Part shown: positions 9,749-18,893 of the stretch, piece by piece
Numbering within the stretch: position 1 is the first letter of the stretch
Layout of the letters: each line of letters begins with the position of its first letter
IMG/VR virus record: IMGVR_UViG_3300046512_000174
Location: 29,466-93,465 of that record
Length of the DNA stretch: 64,000 nucleotides
Reading direction: 5' to 3' (one strand)
From: a virus
The notes under the pieces: model-generated
Told to the model about the DNA's origin: nothing
The model's input: the letters and a program-made list of their open reading frames with translations, nothing else
The model's database searches: none
Made by a program: the position numbers and the translations under genes

Positions 9749-9967
9749 TCAGACCGCTTCGTCTTCGATGATGGCGAGGAAGGCTGCTACAGCCAGATCT
9801 TTCTGGGCGAACGTCCCTTGGCTGAAGTCGTTGCGCAACACCATGAATTCGCCGGTTGATGACAGCTGGCAGATCCGGATGGTGATGGTGCGTGCAAGCA
9901 GCGAAACGACCACCTCGGCAATAACGGTTGCGGAATCGGTGTTGATTTTGATCTGGTCGTTTTTCAT
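9749..9967 (-). CDS. Hypothetical protein
   Basis: Start MKNDQIK with AAGGAG RBS. Confidence 0.65.
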   Translation of the reverse strand: MKNDQIKINTDSATVIAEVVVSLLARTITIRICQLSSTGEFMVLRNDFSQGTFAQKDLAVAAFLAIIEDEAV

Positions 9968-10020
9968 GGTGCGGCTCCTTTGGCTGGTACCGGCTTGGCC
10001 CCAATCAAGGGGCCGTGACA

Positions 10021-10377
10021 TCAGAAGTTGTAGTCGTGGAATTTGCAGGGCTTGTCGCTCATGCGGTGCATGCCGTAGGCCGATTTCCAAGTCATGCAGC
10101 GGTTCGAGTGCGATGGCTTGACCCGGCGCATGCGGATGACCGGAGCGCTTTCATCCTGCTCGTAAATCCATTTTTGGGTGTGCTGGTTGTGGCAGTGGCC
10201 AGCAAAACCGCCCGGGGTGATTTCCGGTTTCCAGTCCGGCGAAAGAGTCGCCTTCATCTTGCGGATCTCAACGGTGGTTTCCGAGATCGCCCGGATCACT
10301 TCGTAGGGTTCGATATCGGTGTGCAGGACGAGGTTGGCGTAGGCTTCGATGCGTGGGATGGCGGCAGGCTTGGTCAT
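10021..10377 (-). CDS. Conserved phage protein ending KFHDYNF
   Basis: 118 aa, first gene after a promoter cassette. Confidence 0.75.
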   Translation of the reverse strand: MTKPAAIPRIEAYANLVLHTDIEPYEVIRAISETTVEIRKMKATLSPDWKPEITPGGFAGHCHNQHTQKWIYEQDESAPVIRMRRVKPSHSNRCMTWKSAYGMHRMSDKPCKFHDYNF

Positions 10378-10410
10378 GGCTGGAACTCCGTGTTCGTGTT
10401 TGATGGAGCA

Positions 10411-10440
10411 ATAATAGCCGCATTACTCAAATTTGATCAA
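10411..10440 (-). promoter_or_regulatory. sigma70 promoter with embedded operator
   Basis: TTGATC-N18-TATTAT on -; operator TTACTCAAATTTGATCAA at 10423-10440. Confidence 0.75.
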
Positions 10441-10443
10441 CAA

Positions 10444-10821
10444 CTATTTTTCTTTTTCTTTGTTTAAGGTCTGCGCATCTCTCGCCTTCTCAAGGGCGGA
10501 CGCACGTAACGCCTTCGCATGCGGTTGCTTCCGCTCATCATGGGTCAAGAGTGAGTAGCCATTCTCATCGCACTCGGCGCGGAACAGGCGGGATAACTCA
10601 GCAGCGTGCTGCGCCCGGGCGACCATGTCGACGATGCTCAGGGTCTTGTCATGGGGCAGCGATGCTTGCAAGCGAGCCAGTTCGGTCTCGGCAGCGTCCG
10701 AGGTCAACAGGTAGTCTGGATTCCCGGCGTACCATGCGCGGTAGTTCCAGATCAGCTCGCGGCCGTCCGGATCGTTCTTCGAAGAAATGGCAAAACGTTG
10801 TGGCTTGGCGTGGGTGATCAT
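10444..10821 (-). CDS. Hypothetical protein
   Basis: 125 aa ORF. Confidence 0.65.
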   Translation of the reverse strand: MITHAKPQRFAISSKNDPDGRELIWNYRAWYAGNPDYLLTSDAAETELARLQASLPHDKTLSIVDMVARAQHAAELSRLFRAECDENGYSLLTHDERKQPHAKALRASALEKARDAQTLNKEKEK

Positions 10822-11072
10822 CGTGTTACCTCTTTGGTGGCTCCGGAAGGTTGCAGCGTCGCCTGATAGGCCAGCGCCATTTCAAGATTGGCGGCCTTCT
10901 GCTCAGGGGTGTCAGTATCGGTCTTCAGTTCACGCAGACGCTCGCTCGCCATGAATCCGCGCTTGGTCAGCGTGTAACCGGATCCACCGCAGCCCCGGCA
11001 CTTGATATCGGCATGACGACCAAAACCCCGGCATTGTCTGCAAGGGTTGTGTTCGAAGGCAGGCTTGCCCAT
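10818..11072 (-). CDS. Small protein with DnaJ-type CxxCxGxG zinc finger
   Basis: CRQCRGFG...CRGCGGSG. Confidence 0.7.
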   Translation of the reverse strand: MGKPAFEHNPCRQCRGFGRHADIKCRGCGGSGYTLTKRGFMASERLRELKTDTDTPEQKAANLEMALAYQATLQPSGATKEVTR

Positions 11073-11494
11073 CAGTAGTTGTACGACACGCGGGCTTTCA
11101 CGGAGAACTCACCGCGCCCGGTTGGCCGCGCATCGGCGTACACGCTGGCACAGCCGCAGCAGTCGTATTCGTGGTGGCAGCCGTAGCTGCTGTAGTGGTC
11201 CTCGATCGCTCGGCGCAACCAATGGGCGAAGGTCGTCGGGATCGATGCCTGATTGCGATTACCGTTCGCGCGGTTGCGGCGGTATGACTTCCGGGCTTCC
11301 AGCATCTGGGTAGCGGTCAGCGACACCACGAAAGCACGGGTCAGGCCTTCGGATGGGTCCTCGCCGTCTGGCGTGCTGACAGTGTAGGGGCCGGTTGCGC
11401 GGGCGCTGCATACTGGCGCCCACTGGTCGAGGTGCTGGCAAGAGCCAACATAGCTGCGAGTGATGCGGGTTTCGATACGGATTGGCGTTTTCAT
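11072..11494 (-). CDS. Hypothetical protein with CHHEYDCCGC motif
   Basis: Start MKTPIR after GGAG RBS. Confidence 0.7.
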   Translation of the reverse strand: MKTPIRIETRITRSYVGSCQHLDQWAPVCSARATGPYTVSTPDGEDPSEGLTRAFVVSLTATQMLEARKSYRRNRANGNRNQASIPTTFAHWLRRAIEDHYSSYGCHHEYDCCGCASVYADARPTGRGEFSVKARVSYNY

Positions 11495-11525
11495 GGGACT
11501 GCTCCATTTCGTGTTCAATGGAGCA

Positions 11526-11555
11526 ATCCTATATCAATTACTCAAATATGATCAA
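11526..11555 (-). promoter_or_regulatory. sigma70 promoter with embedded operator
   Basis: TTGATC-N18-TAGGAT on -; operator TTACTCAAATATGATCAA at 11538-11555. Confidence 0.75.
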
Positions 11556-11561
11556 GGGCAT

Positions 11562-12329
11562 TTAAAGCTTTTTGCTTTTTTCATTTCGTAATTCTGCGAG
11601 TTCGGCACGCAACCGGGCAATCTCCAGCTGCTGCGAGTCATCGCCGTTGATCACTTCGCCATGCAGGTCGATGGCGCTGCGCAGCGAGATCTTGGCGAAA
11701 CGACCGGACTTCATGTTCACAAACATCAGCTCAGGGTCTGTGACCGCTTTCTCGATAGCGACAGATTTTTCCACCATCGACACCATGTCGCTCATCACCA
11801 TCAGCAGCTGCGGGCCGGTCAGCGGCATATCCGGGTTGGTGATGCCGCACTCGATCGCGGCTTTCCCGATCGCGGCGGCGAGGATGTTTCGCTCATCAAG
11901 GATGTGGTGCAGATGGTCGAGCACGACGTCGTCGGCATAGGCATGGCGGGCTGGCAGCCACTGACCATTAATGCCTCCGGTCACGGTAAGAGGGTCAGCG
12001 TAGAACTCCCAGCAATTAGTATCCGGACGCTTTTTCCCGCGCCGGAACAAGACGCCGGGGAACAGCTCGACTGTCGCGATCGGCTCGAAGGCAATGCAAT
12101 CGATGCTCGGGCCGAGCTGCTTGATCATCACCGCTTTGCACTCATCGCACAGCGCCATTGAGCCCAACTGGCCATCGCCGATCAGTGGAGTCACCTCCTT
12201 GGCGATGACGGTTGGAGTTCGAGAGCATTGCTGCATACGTGGGCGACCGCCGAGCGAGAACGCGGATTGCCCGTTTGGCAGCATCGCCTGACAGCGATCG
12301 AGGGTTGGGGGAAGCAGTGGTTCAGTCAT
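11562..12329 (-). CDS. Hypothetical mosaic phage protein
   Basis: Start MTEPLL after AGGAG. Confidence 0.7.
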   Translation of the reverse strand: MTEPLLPPTLDRCQAMLPNGQSAFSLGGRPRMQQCSRTPTVIAKEVTPLIGDGQLGSMALCDECKAVMIKQLGPSIDCIAFEPIATVELFPGVLFRRGKKRPDTNCWEFYADPLTVTGGINGQWLPARHAYADDVVLDHLHHILDERNILAAAIGKAAIECGITNPDMPLTGPQLLMVMSDMVSMVEKSVAIEKAVTDPELMFVNMKSGRFAKISLRSAIDLHGEVINGDDSQQLEIARLRAELAELRNEKSKKL

Positions 12330-12681
12330 TGATCTTCTCCTGTTGAATTCTGACTTTGTTGGCCTGCTCGAGCAGCTTTGCCAGCGCCGCGTGAAACTGC
12401 ATCTCGGAACCAATGCAGCTGAATTTTGTGACCTGATCCCTGAGCGCCACCAGCGCCGCGCAAGGATTGCTCAGGTTGAAACCGCCGCGCCCATCCCAAA
12501 GGACGTCCAGCCATTTTCCACCCGTATAGGTTTTCGCTTCGAGGAACCAGTCAGGACCGAAGCGGTAGCTGAATTCATATATGGTGTGTTCGAGGTCTAG
12601 CTCGACCTTGTCGATTTGGAACCAGTCCAAAACGTATCGATGGCGCTCAACGATCGCTGTTTTCGGTTTCTTGGCGCTCAT
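12322..12681 (-). CDS. Hypothetical protein
   Basis: Start MSAKKPK. Confidence 0.6.
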   Translation of the reverse strand: MSAKKPKTAIVERHRYVLDWFQIDKVELDLEHTIYEFSYRFGPDWFLEAKTYTGGKWLDVLWDGRGGFNLSNPCAALVALRDQVTKFSCIGSEMQFHAALAKLLEQANKVRIQQEKIND

Positions 12682-12683
12682 GC

Positions 12684-12887
12684 TCACAGCCCGTGATTGG
12701 TCGATCTGAAATGGTGGGTGCAATAGACGCTCGCCACGCCACCGTCGTAGGTGTAGACCTGCCGCCATGGCAAGCCAACCTGCTCGCACTTCATCGCCTC
12801 GGCAATGATCGCGTCGTTGGTCATGTGCGTCGGGCCGGCGCAGCCACTCATGGCGAGCAGGGTCAGCAGTACGATCAGGATTTTCAT
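12684..12887 (-). CDS. Small lipoprotein
   Basis: MKILIVLLTLLAMSG-C signal peptide with lipobox. Confidence 0.65.
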   Translation of the reverse strand: MKILIVLLTLLAMSGCAGPTHMTNDAIIAEAMKCEQVGLPWRQVYTYDGGVASVYCTHHFRSTNHGL

Positions 12888-12898
12888 TATGACGCTAC

Positions 12899-13357
12899 TT
12901 ACTGGGTGGGTTGCGTGCGTTGCGATTCCAGCGCGGCTTGGCATTCCCGGTGGCGGACTTCGTCAATCTCGAACGCCGGGCGCAGGTCGGTGGGCAGACG
13001 CTCTCCGGCATTCACCAGCCGGTTGATCTCAGCAACAAGCGACTTGGTGTCGAGCAGACGTTCGAACTTCCTGCCGATGATCGGCACGGATCCATGCTCT
13101 GGGAGATCTGCGCCATGTTCAAACAGCGTCCAGCCGACTGCGTTCCGGCCAATGGCGTGAAAGAATCGGCCGCCCAGCACCGTCGAGCGCTCGCGGCTGC
13201 CGTGAATGGTGAACAGCATCTTGCCGGACGTGATCTGCTTGTATGGCTTGCCCGGGTTTCCGCACTGTCGGCAGTCGTGGCCTTTCGGTTGAACCAGCGC
13301 GCAGCGGGTGCAGGTGGTGAAGTCCCAGCGGAACTTCCCGTCGGTTTCAGTTCCCAT
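12899..13357 (-). CDS. Hypothetical protein with zinc ribbon
   Basis: CTRC...CRQC. Confidence 0.65.
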   Translation of the reverse strand: MGTETDGKFRWDFTTCTRCALVQPKGHDCRQCGNPGKPYKQITSGKMLFTIHGSRERSTVLGGRFFHAIGRNAVGWTLFEHGADLPEHGSVPIIGRKFERLLDTKSLVAEINRLVNAGERLPTDLRPAFEIDEVRHRECQAALESQRTQPTQ

Positions 13358-13853
13358 CTTTATTGGCTTCCTGCTGCGAGGCCACGAACTCAGCTAGCAA
13401 CTGCTGACGCTCGGCTTCGGCCTTCTTGCTGTCGATGCCGAAGAACTCGGCGATGAATTCCAGCTTGCCGCGTGGGCGGGTGGCCACATACAGGCTGTCG
13501 GTGCCTTCGTGGTATTCAGCCAGAACGATGCCCTGCTCCTGCAACCACTCCAGAAACTCGCCGATCGCCTGACTGCCAGCGGCCTTGGCTTCGACTTCCT
13601 TGGCCAGCTCAGGGAAGCGCGGTTCGCAGGTGCTGTAGTGGGTTACGAGGACCTTCTCGCCGGAATTCCCAACAATGCGGTGACGGTCCCAGTTGAGGCT
13701 GGCCGCGTTGTTCTCGGCTTTCTGACCATCAGACCATTCAGCGCGAACGTGCTCATCGCCAGCCACTGGGCAAATGCCATGGGGAACGGTGTTTTCATGG
13801 CGAGTCCAGATCATCTGCTCACCGCTCAGGGCGTAAAAGCGTTTCGATTTCAT
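13347..13853 (-). CDS. Hypothetical phage protein
   Basis: SQAIGEFLEWL...FFGID motif. Confidence 0.7.
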   Translation of the reverse strand: MKSKRFYALSGEQMIWTRHENTVPHGICPVAGDEHVRAEWSDGQKAENNAASLNWDRHRIVGNSGEKVLVTHYSTCEPRFPELAKEVEAKAAGSQAIGEFLEWLQEQGIVLAEYHEGTDSLYVATRPRGKLEFIAEFFGIDSKKAEAERQQLLAEFVASQQEANKDGN

Positions 13854-14113
13854 TGCTGGTGTTCCTGTTCAAGTTGATCACGGATGATGCGGGCCGAGCG
13901 GGCGAGGTAGTAGGACGCTGCCTTCTGCCAGCCAATCCAACTATCGTCGGTGCCACGGTCGAAGTAGTGCGAGAACTGGCCGTTTACCTTAACGGCGCCG
14001 AGCGGCCAGCCCTCTGATTTTGCATAGGCCTCGAAGTCGGTGCGCGAGCTGCACATCAGCTCAATGATTTGCGGTGGCTTGTGCGACGGGATCAGGCGTG
14101 GAGTGGTGGCCAT
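13850..14113 (-). CDS. Hypothetical protein
   Basis: Start MATTPRL coupled to the upstream stop. Confidence 0.6.
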   Translation of the reverse strand: MATTPRLIPSHKPPQIIELMCSSRTDFEAYAKSEGWPLGAVKVNGQFSHYFDRGTDDSWIGWQKAASYYLARSARIIRDQLEQEHQQ

Positions 14114-15177
14114 CAGTTCGCTTCCCATCCGGATGCAGCGGCGATATCGGCGGGGATCTGGACTACGGCGCCGAGCTTCGACATAACGACCGCCCGGCAC
14201 ACGGCGAGGAGTACGGTTTCGCAGCCATCCTGATCGGCAGTTGGCGCGCCATCATCACCGTAGATCTCAGCATCCCAGCCGACAGGCTCAACGTCTTTAA
14301 CCGGCGCCGACAGCCAGACATGGTATTTTTCGATCAGCGGGCCGCCAATTTCCCAGCCGAGCGGATCCCAGCAGCCGTGGTCGTCGGTCCACATGTTCTG
14401 GATGCCGGCGCCGTCCTCGAGCCAGCACCAGCGCAACTGCTCGAGCAAACCCTCGGCACTGGCCACCGCGTAACGCAGCGCCGGGCCGGTCAGTTTGGAT
14501 GTGCGCATCGAGACCATTTCGGTGGGTGCAGGTTGTTGCACTTTGTCTGTCACGGCGTCCGGCATACCGAGGCGCAGCACGTTGCCCGCCACGTCGAGGA
14601 TCATGGCGAACGGCTTCTTGCTGCGGGCGATATCCATCACGCGCTGATCGCGGGTGCGGTTCGCCATGCGGGTTTCGTATTCCGGTCGGCTTTCACCTTC
14701 GCGACGCGGCTCTGGTGCGGGCACAACAGCGGCGGCGACAAACCTGCTGAAGCGAGTTCGGCTCGCAGTAGGCGTAGCAACAATGACCACATCGACTTCT
14801 GGCAGCTTGCTTTCGAGCAAGACATTGCAGGTAGTCAGCACCAGCAGGGAGCCTTGTTGTAGTCGCTCGATATTCACGTCGCGCTCTGCCCTGTTTTGGC
14901 TGGCCAGCACCGACGCGGCTGGAACTCCGGCGTTGATGAATGCAGCTGTAACCATCTCGCAATGCTGGACCGTCGCGCAGAACACAATGGCGCGCTTGCC
15001 GCTTGCGTGCTGCAGGTACGGATTGACGATGGTGTGGCCGATGCCGGTGGACATGCCGAGCGGAACAGCATCAAAGCTCGGCGGAGTCGCAAAGTACTTC
15101 ACCGGGGTCAGATAACCCTGTTCGATCAGGGAAGCCAAGGTGACGGACTCGAGAGGTTCAACGGTGGCCTTTTTCAT
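14113..15177 (-). CDS. SF2 helicase C-terminal domain fused to a DUF2591-like domain
   Basis: LIEQGYLTP, AIVFCATVQH, ILDVAGNVLRLGMP (helicase C half, no Walker A/B); LTGPALRYAVA...GGPLIEKY...AVCRAVV. Confidence 0.65.
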   Translation of the reverse strand: MKKATVEPLESVTLASLIEQGYLTPVKYFATPPSFDAVPLGMSTGIGHTIVNPYLQHASGKRAIVFCATVQHCEMVTAAFINAGVPAASVLASQNRAERDVNIERLQQGSLLVLTTCNVLLESKLPEVDVVIVATPTASRTRFSRFVAAAVVPAPEPRREGESRPEYETRMANRTRDQRVMDIARSKKPFAMILDVAGNVLRLGMPDAVTDKVQQPAPTEMVSMRTSKLTGPALRYAVASAEGLLEQLRWCWLEDGAGIQNMWTDDHGCWDPLGWEIGGPLIEKYHVWLSAPVKDVEPVGWDAEIYGDDGAPTADQDGCETVLLAVCRAVVMSKLGAVVQIPADIAAASGWEAN

Positions 15178-15383
15178 TTCGATGCTCCTTGAGTTTGGAC
15201 TGGTGCGCCGCCCTCGACGCGGATGGTGTTGCGAACCACGGTCAGGATGCTGCGATCGCTGAAGTAGTAGCGATCCTTGTCGGCGCGGTGGTCGCGGGTC
15301 ATGTGCGAGCATTGGGCCTGCGCGGCGCGGCGGACTTGGCCGGCGGTGTGGTGCTCGCGGTTGATTTTGTTCGCCATGCTCAT
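15174..15383 (-). CDS. Hypothetical protein
   Basis: Short ORF coupled to both neighbours. Confidence 0.55.
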   Translation of the reverse strand: MSMANKINREHHTAGQVRRAAQAQCSHMTRDHRADKDRYYFSDRSILTVVRNTIRVEGGAPVQTQGASK

Positions 15384-15985
15384 TTCGAGGAGTCCGGGCG
15401 GTTAATGCCGTCGGTCAGCAACGCGGTGTTGATCGGGCCGCCGATGTTCAGCGGAACGCCGAAGTACTTTGCCAGCAGAGCCGAACTCATGGCCGATGCA
15501 CCTTCCCCCGCACCCCCTTCCCGCGAAAGCAGTGGTAGCGAATCGGTCGACCACTGGATCTCCGGGCGCTTGCTGCGACCGATGCTCTGCACATGAAGGG
15601 TTGGGGACTGGACCGGTCGAATGTCGCGATGGCAGAAATGGCGACCGCAGACGCTCATGCCCAGCACCGAACCATCTGGCCGGCGGTAAACGGTCGCGCC
15701 GATCGAGGGCTGGTAGGAGGCGATCAGCATGCCGGCCTTCGTGCAACCGATGATCAGGCGGTCCAGTTCGATCTGGGTGATCTCGCAGATATAGCCAGCA
15801 AACAGCGCGGTCTTGCGCTTGATCAGGCTCCACGCCTCGGCCGGGAACATCAGGCCATCGCCGCCGTCAACGTAGTCCTGTGCGATGGACGCTGCTGGCG
15901 TGTTGGCGATGGCCAGCGCGCTGCTGATGTCCTGCAGCTCGTTGATCAGGTCGCTGACTGGTGCGGTGATATCGACTGGCTTCAT
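15380..15985 (-). CDS. Hypothetical protein
   Basis: 201 aa ORF with GGAG RBS. Confidence 0.7.
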   Translation of the reverse strand: MKPVDITAPVSDLINELQDISSALAIANTPAASIAQDYVDGGDGLMFPAEAWSLIKRKTALFAGYICEITQIELDRLIIGCTKAGMLIASYQPSIGATVYRRPDGSVLGMSVCGRHFCHRDIRPVQSPTLHVQSIGRSKRPEIQWSTDSLPLLSREGGAGEGASAMSSALLAKYFGVPLNIGGPINTALLTDGINRPDSSK

Positions 15986-16048
15986 GGTGATGCTCCCGTG
16001 TTGGTACCGGCGAACCCCCAGTTAAGGGGGTTGAGGTGGGTGCGTTGG

Positions 16049-16231
16049 TTAGATGCGCGAGACTTCGACTGAGTGAACCATTTCTGACTTTTCACCAACA
16101 CTTCCAGCAATTTCAGGATCTTTGAAAAAGGCGGTGAACGCACGCTCTACCGAAAGAGCAAAACCACCGGTATTCGTGGGAAAAGTAAAAATTGCCTTTC
16201 CTTTTGCATCCTTGAAAATTACTTGCTTCAT
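16049..16231 (-). CDS. Hypothetical protein
   Basis: First gene after a promoter cassette; AT-richer than neighbours. Confidence 0.65.
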   Translation of the reverse strand: MKQVIFKDAKGKAIFTFPTNTGGFALSVERAFTAFFKDPEIAGSVGEKSEMVHSVEVSRI

Positions 16232-16263
16232 GGCTCTGCTCCGTTGTGCGTTTCAATGGAGTG

Positions 16264-16293
16264 ATTGTAGGCGCATTACTCAAATATGAGCAA
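16264..16293 (-). promoter_or_regulatory. sigma70 promoter with embedded operator
   Basis: TTGCTC-N18-TACAAT on -; operator TTACTCAAATATGAGCAA at 16276-16293. Confidence 0.75.
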
Positions 16294-16323
16294 GCGCCTT
16301 TTGCAGATTTATTGATGAACGGT

Positions 16324-16602
16324 TTATGAAGCGTACACACCGCCGAACAAATGAAGCACCAGCGCCCCGTCGCCGAGCTGAAACGTTCCAAGGAACGGCC
16401 AGACCACAGCCATTGGCAGAAGCGGGTTGCCGGTGCTGCATACTTCAAAACGCTGCGCCTTGAGCGGGCGGCTGTCGTCGACGCGGAACCACATCTGCGC
16501 GGTTCCGTGCTGGACTTGGACTGACAGGAAGGTAGCGCCTTCTGGCAGGTCGAGAGTGAACGTCTGTTCAAGCGGGACGGCGTGTTTGTGGATGGTGATC
16601 AT
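16324..16602 (-). CDS. Conserved small phage protein
   Basis: LPEGATFLSVQVQ...FLGTFQL...LVLHLF. Confidence 0.75.
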   Translation of the reverse strand: MITIHKHAVPLEQTFTLDLPEGATFLSVQVQHGTAQMWFRVDDSRPLKAQRFEVCSTGNPLLPMAVVWPFLGTFQLGDGALVLHLFGGVYAS

Positions 16603-16979
16603 GCTGGGGCTCCGGAGGTTGTGGGTTGTTGTGCCCGCAGCCAGCGCGCGTACCGGCTTTCAGGCTGTCCCGGCGGCAGGGTGCGTTCGATCATCTGCAC
16701 CAGCGCCAGACGCAGCGGGAACGTGCCCTGCATCAGAACGGTGGTGCGAAGTTCATGCCGGGCGCCGTTGGTTGCCTTGGCAGTGATGGCGGCGATGGCA
16801 TGGAACATCTGCTCGGTCGGCTCGATTCCGTAGGAACGCAGTTCCGCGTCGACCAGCCAGCGCGCCGGGCCTCGATTCAGCTTTTCAAAGGCTGCCTCGA
16901 TCGCCGGGCAGGTCTCCGGCACCATGTCGAACGACAGGGCTTCAGCCGGAGTGACCTTTGTGTCTTCTCGGAATGCCAT
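16599..16979 (-). CDS. Hypothetical protein
   Basis: 126 aa ORF, VPETCPAI motif. Confidence 0.65.
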   Translation of the reverse strand: MAFREDTKVTPAEALSFDMVPETCPAIEAAFEKLNRGPARWLVDAELRSYGIEPTEQMFHAIAAITAKATNGARHELRTTVLMQGTFPLRLALVQMIERTLPPGQPESRYARWLRAQQPTTSGAPA

Positions 16980-16981
16980 GG

Positions 16982-17272
16982 CTATTCCTTTGGCTTGCTG
17001 ATCGTGGCGAGGTTATAGCTGCGCAGCAGGTCTTTCTTGATGGCAGCGACTGTTCCGGCGCTGAGGCCATCGCGGATTACGACCGGGTTGATGATTTCGC
17101 GGCCGCCCAATGCGGTCAGCTGGATCAAGACGCCGGACCCGGTCAGGGTGTCGCCAGCCTTTTCGATTTCACGGCTGGCAGCAGCGTAACTGCCGGCGAG
17201 CTGGGCTTTCAGTTCGAGGTTCTGACGCGCCAAATCCTGATAGGTCGGCTTTTTCGGTTTGGTGCTAGACAT
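16982..17272 (-). CDS. Hypothetical protein
   Basis: 96 aa ORF with AAGGAG RBS. Confidence 0.7.
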   Translation of the reverse strand: MSSTKPKKPTYQDLARQNLELKAQLAGSYAAASREIEKAGDTLTGSGVLIQLTALGGREIINPVVIRDGLSAGTVAAIKKDLLRSYNLATISKPKE

Positions 17273-17335
17273 GGCGGATCTCCTTGGTGGTACCGGAAAA
17301 GCCCCGGGAAGGGGCTTTGGTGTTGAAGTGGGCTG

Positions 17336-17599
17336 CTATAGAAAGAAGCCTTCGACGACCTGCAGGGGAACGCCTGTCTTTTCGGTCCACTCGGCGGCGT
17401 AGGCTTCGGCCGCTGCCTTGGCCTTGGCCTTCTGTTCTTCATTGCCGTCAGTGAACTGGAACACTTTGCAGCCGTCCCAGCCGGCTTCCTTCAATTTCAA
17501 TTGTTGCTGGGTGCGGCGAAGGCGGCCGGCGTCGATGGTGTTCTGTTCTTCAGGAAGTCGGTAGCGGACGCGGGCGGCATAGTGGGAAAGGGTTGGCAT
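17336..17599 (-). CDS. Hypothetical protein
   Basis: 87 aa ORF with AAGGAG RBS. Confidence 0.7.
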   Translation of the reverse strand: MPTLSHYAARVRYRLPEEQNTIDAGRLRRTQQQLKLKEAGWDGCKVFQFTDGNEEQKAKAKAAAEAYAAEWTEKTGVPLQVVEGFFL

Positions 17600-17638
17600 G
17601 GGTGTGGCTCCTTGATGGATGGGGTTTGCTTGGCAGCT

Positions 17639-18574
17639 TTATTTCACCACGTACCAGTACACGCTGCCGTTCGAGGCGCTGACCAAGCGGGCATTCATGT
17701 ATTGGCGCCCATTCACCGCCTGAGTGGCAACTTCCTTGGCGCTGGCTTCGCGCATCGCTGCCTCACCGGCCAAGCGAATCCAGTCACCGCTGAGTTTCTG
17801 ATATTCGATTTTGTACATGTCAGCCTCTACCCGTTGTTGTTCGCGATCGAACAGTTCGCCGATGGTGCCCTCATTCAGTGGATCCGCAGCGCGCCATTCG
17901 ATGGCGTCGGCTTCGAATGCAAAGGTGGCGCGGTACTGTCGTCCAGCGTAAGCCAACCATTCGCCGCTGTTGGCGATGCGTTCGATGCGGCGGAAGGCTG
18001 GTGCTTCTTCGGCCGGCTCGGCAACTGGTGGGGTCGGTGCCGGGGCATCGCAGGTCATGTCGTAGTGATCGGCGATCAGGGCGATGGCTTCGGTCTTGGT
18101 GACCAGCTTCGGGCGGGCACCCACATGCTGTGCATTGGTCAGCACCCAAGTGACCCGAGGCGTTGTCCCATTGTATTTGGTGTTGCAGCGCAGCACGCCG
18201 GAAGTGACACGGCCGTTCTCACGGTACTCGATGCCCATGCTGGTGCAGCCGGCTTCTTTGGCATGTTCGAGCATCTGGCCTGCGGTGATTTGAGCAGATT
18301 CTTGATGAGTGTTCATGCTTGGCTCAGCTGGTATCGCTGCTGGCTTGTGCGGGCTATCAATGCGGGCAACCTCTTTACGAGTGCCGCTTTCATCATCGAC
18401 CTCAACCACGCGAATTGGTGGGCGCATACCGCTGCAGCTGAAGCGCTCATTCATGCGGTGAACAGCAGCGTTGAAGCCGCGAGGCTTGTCATCGTGCTCC
18501 AGCCATTCCGCGTCAACGTCGAACGCTTTGCCGTTGGAGCCAAACACTTGCTGGGTCTCAATGCGGTATTTCAT
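17639..18574 (-). CDS. Hypothetical multi-domain early protein
   Basis: 311 aa, first gene of the leftward block. Confidence 0.75.
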   Translation of the reverse strand: MKYRIETQQVFGSNGKAFDVDAEWLEHDDKPRGFNAAVHRMNERFSCSGMRPPIRVVEVDDESGTRKEVARIDSPHKPAAIPAEPSMNTHQESAQITAGQMLEHAKEAGCTSMGIEYRENGRVTSGVLRCNTKYNGTTPRVTWVLTNAQHVGARPKLVTKTEAIALIADHYDMTCDAPAPTPPVAEPAEEAPAFRRIERIANSGEWLAYAGRQYRATFAFEADAIEWRAADPLNEGTIGELFDREQQRVEADMYKIEYQKLSGDWIRLAGEAAMREASAKEVATQAVNGRQYMNARLVSASNGSVYWYVVK

Positions 18575-18612
18575 GGTCGTTTCCCTGTTCGGTTGATTGC
18601 TTGGATGGGTGA

Positions 18613-18641
18613 ATCATACGGCGTTACTCAAATTTGATCAA
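18613..18641 (-). promoter_or_regulatory. sigma70 promoter with embedded operator
   Basis: TTGATC-N17-TATGAT on -; operator at 18624-18641. Confidence 0.75.
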
Positions 18642-18893
18642 TGCCATTGTGATAACAATTCGTTCTAAGCCAAAAGCCACCCGCTGCGGGCAGGCATATG
18701 CCCTCACGGCCTGACCGCGCCGCCGAACGGACACATTTGCACATAACTCAAAAAGTTCCGCGTCCAAAATGGCGAACCGACGACCTGACCGCCACGGTCA
18801 CCCGCCAGCCGACCCCCTCGCGCACCCAAAACGGAACCCCTCGCCATGGGTGGATTGCGGTCGATTTGAGGGTGCTGGTCACCAAAAAGGAGC

